Origin: Eledone cirrhosa
Taxonomy: Eukaryota
DNA: 64,000 nt
NCBI GenBank assembly: GCA_964016885.1
Contig: OZ024745.1
Span: 32,426,001-32,490,000 of the forward strand
Direction: 5' to 3'
Position numbers and translations under genes: made by a program. Under the pieces are notes generated by a model. It did not search any database, was not told the DNA's origin, and saw nothing but the letters and a program-made list of their open reading frames with translations. Below are positions 53,271 to 64,000 of this stretch, in pieces; position 1 is the first letter of the stretch, and each line of letters opens with the position of its first letter.

Positions 53271-54399
53271 ATACTTGCTAACTATAAAATGTATGTCTTT
53301 CATAGAGTTTACAAATCAGAGAAAGAAAGAAGGGTTTACTAGATAAAGCAAACATTTTCATATTTTCATTAGAAGAAAGGATATCGTCGGTTATGATATA
53401 TTGTGAACACTGAGCAATGAATACAGAACACTGATGCAATTCCCAATTAGTGGAATGTCACGTTTTTCAATAAATATGGTATTATCCTTTTGTTAGTGAC
53501 GTTATTATCTGAGATTGTTGAATTAATCACGGTCACTCTGGTACCAAACTATTTAATCAAGGATTTTAGGAATATAAATGTTACAAAGCGGTCAAATTAA
53601 CGGTCTTAAAGAGTATAAATGTTACGAATCTATTCGGTCTATTCATTCATTCATTCATTCAATCCTTCCTTGTAATTCGATCAAACACCAAGCTGAGAGT
53701 TGGATAGGGTGGGAGGCGTGTGTATGTAACGTGGGCCCAATGGTAAGACTTGCATATTGATTTCTAATTTAGGCACAAGGCCAGAAAATGTGTGGGCACG
53801 ACAAGGTTGTTTAAATCAACCTTAATACTTCTCTCAGTGGGATTTGAATTCAGAATGTAAAGAGCCACAACGAATACTGCAATGGCATTTTATTCGAAGC
53901 ACTATCAATTCTGCCTATTTGGATATTGATATGGGCACTATGGTAGTGGTAGTAGTAGTAGTTCCCCCCCCCCCCCTTCTCTAGTAACCACCATAGCTAT
54001 TGTTATACCATCAAAGATGTCAATAGCTGTGAATGTTATGTCTATCATTATCAAAAAACACAATGTAGTTTTAAAAAGCAAAAAAACAAATACATATAAT
54101 TTGTTTCAATATACTTGTGCTCTGGTTTTTACTACATTGATTTCCTATTGACTCTAAATATGTTAGTATGATCATGTTTTTAATGACTTTCTTAGTCTTG
54201 TATTGGGGATAAAAGGCGTGAGCTAATATGGTTTCTGATTTAGGCACATGGCCAACACATTTGGGGGAAGGGAAAGTCAATTAAATTGACCCAGTGCATT
54301 GCTGGTACTTTATTTTATCGACCCCGTAAGGATGAAAGGCAAAGATAAGCTTGGTGTGCAAAGCGTGAGCTTATAATAATAATACAGAGATACAGTATA

Positions 54400-55240
54400 T
54401 AGGCTGAAGTCCCTCCAAACCCAAAACTGTAACGGAAGCTCTGTGTTACAACGTTGGAGCTACCACAGCAGATCAGCCCTTGTTTTGTAGATATCGTGGT
54501 AGCCTTTAATGTGGATGTACTACCTATGAAGCTGGTAGATTTAATTAAGTGAACAAAGATTCGCTGTTACATCGGGGTAGCCGGCTCTTTTGAAATTCCT
54601 TCAGCTGTCCACCAGGACTAAATTCTATTTTCAGCATCCTTCAACTATACCAGTGACTGGATGGCAAGGTGATAATAAGGCGACGACTATGTGGATACCC
54701 AATCAACCGTGTAACGCCTCAGTGCTTACGTGACATATGTTAGCATGAAAATCAACTTACCTCGTCCTCTGAATGGATTTACGTCTTACTCAATGAATGA
54801 GATGGACCAATTCAAATATATTTTCTCTATCGTCACTACTGCAATCCAAAATGAAGATCAGTGTATTGCATTCTATCCGTTTGAAAGCCAACTTTGATCT
54901 GGCTCCAAATTCGTATCTATGAAAACACTCGTTTGCGCCACCCTGCTATATAAGCACGAGACGTGGTCAACGAGAACGGCATACTTAGGTAAGCTGGGTA
55001 TATTCGACTACTTTTGCTTTTGCCAAACACTCAGTGTTCATGTTTAGGATTTTGTGTTAAACCCCGAAGTTTATCGTCGTTGCCGGATTGATTCTTTTCA
55101 ACAACTCCTTGCTGAAAAAGCTCCTCCGTTTATTTGGCTACATTTTTGTTGTCCACGAAACGAATTCATTCGCGACGAAATTGAGTCACACCCACTCTTG
55201 AGATAATGCAAACGGCAATGTTGGCAACAGAAAACATGAA
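54400..55240 (+). mobile_element. Highly decayed LINE RT fragment
   Basis: CpG-richer block with remnants resembling DYVD (YADD-like) and IYENTRLRHPAI/..ETW (RT thumb-like). Many stops. Confidence 0.4.
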
Positions 55241-55339
55241 TTATTACGACCAAGTCAGATAAGAAAACGGGCCAGGCGTCCGAAATGAACAACATAACGA
55301 CAGAACGTGCAACTGCAGAGCGGGCAGATGCCCGACGAA

Positions 55340-55500
55340 GGGTCTGGTATATAAATGTGTGGTTAGCACACACAATATAAAGCGCACCTACATCGGCGCA
55401 ACATCCACGACTTTTAAATCGCGGATGTATAACCACACGAACTCTTTCAAGGACCGTAGTAAGAGGCACTCTACTAGGCTGGCGGGCCTGGTATGGGACT
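55340..55500 (+). mobile_element. GIY-YIG fragment of a second Penelope-like lineage
   Basis: LVYKCVVSTHNIKRTYIGATSTTFKSRMYNHTNSFKDRSKRHSTRLAGLVWDL. Confidence 0.8.
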
Positions 55501-55911
55501 TATTTTTTTTTTATTTGTTCTCCTTAAGTTGTAATTCATCGAAGTGTGGCAGAAAGGAACAGCTGATGGTCAGTAGAATTCACACCTGTTGGTCAGATTT
55601 ACGATGACGTAGAAAAGCAGCAGCCAATAACAGGACGCGTGAAGAGGATGTTTTTGACGTTAACACCCCAGTGAAGGAATTTGCTCCGAAATCATTAGAC
55701 GTGTCCGTCGAACCTGCAGATCCAGAATCAGACAGATCCACACAATGATCGTGTCTCGAGCTGTCCGCCGGCGAAACAATTGTAACACACAATAAATTGA
55801 GTTCAGATGCATCACTGATTTTTCGTTTTCTATTATATCATACTCTGCTCTGTAAGAGCATAGAGTGCTCAACCGGCATACCGCCTATGGAAGCACCTTA
55901 GCTACCATCAG

Positions 55912-55949
<38 letters not shown>

Positions 55950-56161
55950 CGAATGTAGAAGAGTAACACACGAGTTGATATATATGAAAGCAAATAGTAG
56001 AAAGGAAAAAGATTCTTTCAGTAGAAAATGTTGAAGAGATTTTTTCAGTGAGATATCAAAACATTAATTTATTTACAATACCGGTTTCAGCATTATATGC
56101 ATTGTCAATTGCAGATATGCAAAATATTGTTAAGTTGCATATTTGTACAGATAGTGATAAT

Positions 56162-56350
56162 AATAATAATAAAATGAAAATAAAAAGGGGAAGAAAAATT
56201 AATTTTCACATACATGTTCATTCAGAGAAGAGAGTTCATTTCTCTTCTATAAGCAGAGTAGAGTGAACAGAGAAATGAACTCTCTTCTCTGAATGAACAT
56301 ATATGTGAAAATTAATTTTTCTTCGCCCTTTTTATTTTATTTTTTATTAT
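56162..56350. repeat. Hairpin, about 85-bp arms
   Basis: gaagaaaaattaattttcacatacatgttcattcagagaagagagttcatttctc and its reverse complement downstream. Confidence 0.9.
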
Positions 56351-56485
56351 AGTAGATCCAGATATCACAGAGAGAAAGAGAGGGGGGAGAAATGAGGTGC
56401 AACAGAAATAAAACATGGATTACAGGTTAAAATATAATCTAGATAGATGTGAAACAAAATGAAGTTGCAGTTTATCGAAGGCCCA

Positions 56486-56917
56486 AATGATTTAGAAGTC
56501 GACCTTAAGTAGGAGCAATAACATTAAGATAGATATGGACGACACCACAATACTTTATTTTGAAAAATTTGAAAGTAGGTTTATAAGTATGAATTTTCTC
56601 AAGATTATCGTAGTTCTCTCGGTGGGCTAGCGGTAGGTACTTGAGACGGTGGAGATCCTGGCCTTGTGTTCAATCCTGGCCAAGAGGTACATGTAACCTT
56701 TTTCACTTTTTATTTTTCAACCAATGGAAAAAACCAGGATCGAACTTCAGACCAGGATCACCACCCTCTATGATTCCTCCAACTAGGCCACCGAGACAGC
56801 TACAAAAGTATAATGAAAATTGATAATTATAAATCTACTTTCAAAATGAAAGTTAAAAAGATGTGGTGTCGTTCATGGCTTTCCTAGAGTAATATTTAGG
56901 GTCGACTTCTGGTCATT
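56486..56917. mobile_element. About 430-bp imperfect foldback element with two inverted tRNA-like arms
   Basis: Nested pairings agaagtcgacct/agggtcgacttct, gacgacaccaca/tgtggtgtcgtt, tttgaaagtaggtttataa/ttataaatctactttcaaa and gttcaatcctgg/ccaggatcgaac. Confidence 0.75.
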
Positions 56918-57112
56918 ATTGAAAGTCTCTGGATTTCGCAAAATATATAATATTTTTTATTGGAGAAGGTAAGATATATGTCCGCAAAAATGTGATTGCT
57001 GTTTTGTTTCCAGTGTATGTATTTTTCAAAAATGTTATTTATTCATTATAAAAATTAAATAATAGCATTCTATATGTGGGCGGGCCCCCTTCATCTCCTG
57101 GCAACCAATATA

Positions 57113-57154
<42 letters not shown>

Positions 57155-57169
57155 GGGGGGGGGTATGTA

Positions 57170-57222
<53 letters not shown>

Positions 57223-57260
57223 AGAGAGATGTATGCATATCTATTTTATTTCTCATTCTT

Positions 57261-57296
57261 TCTTCTGATGAAGGATTAGCGTCCGAAACGTTAAGA
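57261..57296 (+). ncRNA. Minimal type-I hammerhead motif, family C
   Basis: tctt-CTGATGA-a gga ttagcg tcc-GAAACGTT-aaga. Stem I tctt/aaga; palindromic AACGTT stem III. Confidence 0.7.
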
Positions 57297-57387
57297 CCCT
57301 CTTCCTGCTATACCAAGCGTTAAACTAATATATACCTTCCATATACTGCACCGATTGTGTTGTTATTTCTGTTTACCTTTTACATAC

Positions 57388-57458
<71 letters not shown>

Positions 57459-58050
57459 TGTGTGCGCGTGTGCGTGTGTCTTTTCTCTCTTCCCTAACAA
57501 GAATGCCGGTCTACCTAAAGTTTTAAATATGGAAAGATTTCAACTTAGTATTACAAATCACCGATGCATTTCTCGTACATTCAGTGTCCCGTTGAAGCAC
57601 CTTTGTTGTTATACATCTCCCTCGTTGCTCTCCCATTGTTTCGTAGCACCTTTGTTCCCTCGGAGTACCTTCGTTGCCTTGTAGCTCATTCGTAGCTTCT
57701 CGTTTTCTCGTATAAACCTCGATGGCTCTTCAATATATTTTGCTTTATTCAGATGAATAATGTTCATAGTTTTGTTGCCATACAACCCACACAGTAGAAA
57801 GTTTAAAATGTCTTGATTAAGTAAATTTATCATCAAATACATTCCAGCTGCAACTATCACAATTTTTTCGGTTTATAGCTAAACCTACATTATCTTATGT
57901 GTCCTTTCCTTTGGCTGTTGTTTCTCGCCCATCGAACAACCATGTTGAGGCATCCTCGTTGACTCATAGGCGAAGGCTTCGACCGCTAAGGGGCTTTTGG
58001 GGTTTAAGCCCCTCCAATAATGAGGGAAATAATTTGTTTTAATGTACTTG

Positions 58051-58168
58051 AGGTTTGGTTTTTACTTCATTGATTTTCTATTGACTCTAAATATGTTAGA
58101 AATTAAAACCATAATCATACTAACATATTTAGAGTCAATAGAAAATCAATGAAGTAAAAACCAAACCT
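58051..58168. repeat. Hairpin formed by inverted duplication of a dispersed repeat (also at 8420-8510 and 54110-54180)
   Basis: aggtttggtttttacttcattgattttctattgactctaaatatgttag pairs with ctaacatatttagagtcaatagaaaatcaatgaagtaaaaaccaaacct. Confidence 0.9.
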
Positions 58169-58171
58169 TCC

Positions 58172-58256
<85 letters not shown>

Positions 58257-58259
58257 GTA

Positions 58260-59405
<1,146 letters not shown>

Positions 59406-59597
59406 GAGGTTATATTTAATTTGTTGGGATTCAACAAGCTTAAAATTTTTTATAACTGATATAAAGCACTCAACAGTTTAGTGGAGTAAATATACAATAT
59501 ATTAACAAAATTTCAACTATCCAGGAAGCTCCAACCGTTAAGGTTGTCTTTTTTTCAGGGTATGTCAATATTTATTTATAAAACTAATTCTGTATTG

Positions 59598-59663
59598 TAT
59601 TTTATCTGATGAAAGCGCACCATAATTTGCCTTGGTGGCCCTTGAAATATGTATAATAAAATA
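59598..59663 (+). ncRNA. Hammerhead motif, family A sister subfamily
   Basis: tattttat-CTGATGA-aag c gcacca taatttgcct tggtggc c ctt-GAAA-tatgta-TA-ataaaata. Confidence 0.65.
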
Positions 59664-59725
59664 AATATGGTTTTATAAATATAGTTTCCATTTGTTAATA
59701 TATTGTATATATATATATATGTATG

Positions 59726-59765
<40 letters not shown>

Positions 59766-59779
59766 CATGTGTGTATATA

Positions 59780-61395
<1,616 letters not shown>

Positions 61396-61525
61396 AATCT
61401 ACCAAAATAAACGTCAGTGACCAATCCGTATGAAGAACTCAATGTAATCCAAATATAGAAGATATCATGAAAAGAGAAAATGCATTCAAAATTTAACGAT
61501 ATAAAACCATAGGAAAACAGAGTCA

Positions 61526-61583
<58 letters not shown>

Positions 61584-61588
<5 letters not shown>

Positions 61589-62157
61589 AGTATGTATGTA
61601 TACGTACATACATATATGTATACAGACGTACAGTAGTATGTATATATATATACATACATGCACACATATATATATGCACGTATCGGTTTACCGAACATTT
61701 TTTATAATACTCGGTTTGTTTGTTTGTAAACAAACAGCCCGAATTACGCCGTACAGTGTTTAGGCCGTACAGTGTTTTCGGTGTGCCCGGCCGACTGAAC
61801 TCACTAGATATGCAAATTAGGCTGCTCAGCCATTAATATGCATAAGGAAAGTATATACTTTCAGACGTTCAACCATCTGGCAGGAAGGTATACGATGCTG
61901 ACGATAGCTAATAAGCTTGAAACTAGTACATTGTTCCTGTGTCAGTGTTGAACAAAAAGGTGACGTTGTTGCCTAAACACTGTACGGCGTAATTCGGACT
62001 GTTTGTTTGTTTATAAACAAACAAACCGAGCATTATAATAAATGTTGGTAAACCGATACGTGCATATATATGTGTGTGCATGTATGTATATATATACATA
62101 CTACTGTACGTCTGTATACATATATGTATGTACGTATACATACATACATACTTACAT
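61584..62157. mobile_element. MITE/foldback element with ~180-bp inverted arms and ~205-bp core
   Basis: 61584-61765 is the near reverse complement of 61971-62157. Confidence 0.8.
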
Positions 62158-62211
62158 TTAAGTAAGTGGCGTACTAAGAGTGAGAAATGAAATTTCATTT
62201 CATTCTATTCC

Positions 62212-62397
<186 letters not shown>

Positions 62398-62436
62398 GAT
62401 ATTAATAAATGGAAACTATATTTGTAAAACCATATC

Positions 62437-62497
62437 TATTTTATTATATATATTTCAAGGGTACCAACATTTTGGTACGCTCTCATCAGATAAAATA
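62437..62497 (-). ncRNA. Hammerhead motif, family A sister subfamily (intact core)
   Basis: Minus strand tattttat-CTGATGA-gag c gtacca aaatgt tggtac c ctt-GAAA-tatata-TA-ataaaata. Confidence 0.75.
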
Positions 62498-62539
62498 CAA
62501 AATCTGTTTTATAAATGGTGACATACCCAAGAAACCAGA

Positions 62540-63310
62540 CCATATCGGTTCAGGTTGGATAGTGAAAGAAAAATTTCAAATCTTTAGGATGAATATGTAA
62601 ATGAGCTTGAAACGTAAGGCTGAAAAAAGATCGTTATATCTAGACGCTAGGTAAATTTAAATAATTATTAGGATAATTTATAAATGGAAGAAGAAAAAAA
62701 GAGAAAAAGAAAAATAGAGAAAAAGAAAAAAAGAAAAAAAGAGAGGCTAATATTAGTATTAGGGTGTAAGAAAATTTAAGATTATAGAAAAAATTATATT
62801 TAGAAATACACTATTATTATTAAGATAAAAATGTATGGGTCATATCAGTGATGGTGTATAGAGAGTGATATAATTATATTTAATTATTTAATTATATAAT
62901 CATATATTTTGGTAGTATCTATAAAATAATATGAGAGTTAAGAATGTGTTGAAGTGGTAGAATACCAATTTAAAATTTCTTTTAAAAATTGAGATATACA
63001 ACAAATTATTGGATCTATTCAAATCATGAGTTATAATATTATATAGATAATATTTGTAAGTATATTTTAAGGTTGTAAGTATATTTTAGTTTATTATATT
63101 ACAACGGGTTATTTATATAAGTATGTATATAAATATTTTTGGTGAGTATATATGTTGTTATTTTCACTAGAAAGATAAATTAAATATTTTTATATATGTT
63201 ATATATGTTATATATGTTATATATGTTAAGGGTTACGAAGAATTTTGTGTTTACATTTCCAATATATAGTTAAGAAAAGGACGTAGTTATAAATTTTATT
63301 TGAGAAGATT
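62540..63310 (-). mobile_element. Possible very decayed AT-rich Penelope-like body upstream of the HHR repeat
   Basis: Lies 5' of the HHR-bearing repeat on the minus strand. Only faint PLE-like peptide remnants and no open frame. Confidence 0.3.
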
Positions 63311-63336
63311 ATTTTGTACATATATATTTATATATA

Positions 63337-63476
<140 letters not shown>

Positions 63477-63689
63477 TATAGTTATGTAATAAACAACATA
63501 AGATAATATTTCATTTACCAGTGGTTTCTTGAAAGCAAACGAAATTTGCTCTCAGTCATCAGAATGAAAAAATCCTGGTGTATTTATTGACAGTGGATTT
63601 TAAAAACAAAAATATAATCTATATGAAAGTGAGGCTGGAAAAGGAAGAAGGAAAGGAAAAATAATAAATATAAAAGTAGATAAACACAC

Positions 63690-63865
<176 letters not shown>

Positions 63866-64000
63866 GTCAATACTCATCTTTTTCCATTTATCTGAGGGTT
63901 CTAAAGCCATTATCAGGCTAAAATTCCTTTAGTCAAAAATACGGTGAAAGCTATTTTATTTTCTAATTTCAAACCTGCTCACTGTTTCAAAACATACTTA

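Overview
AT-rich, microsatellite-dense animal genomic DNA, not prokaryotic. The SINE families, RTE/Penelope debris and very long (TA)n/(CA)n tracts suggest an octopod cephalopod (inference). One host gene is reconstructable on the + strand from five in-phase coding exons (5299-5362, 8883-10777, 10905-11145, 15576-15719, 22476-22601; about 822 aa, 5' end not located). It has a PH-like C-terminal helix, a long Pro/Ser-rich low-complexity region and a syntenin-like tandem PDZ module. The rest is transposon-derived: tRNA-derived SINEs, RTE and RLE-type LINE fragments, GIY-YIG/Penelope-like remnants, MITEs and foldback elements. The most notable signal is about 16 type-I hammerhead-ribozyme (HHR) motifs in at least three sequence families, one with compensatory stem changes. 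Four of them form a head-to-tail array spaced by (TA)n at 58.26-59.40 kb that resembles a non-LTR retrozyme. Several foldback hairpins also contain or centre on HHR parts. All structures were read by eye; no folding, alignment or database search was run. Most supplied ORFs are microsatellite artefacts.
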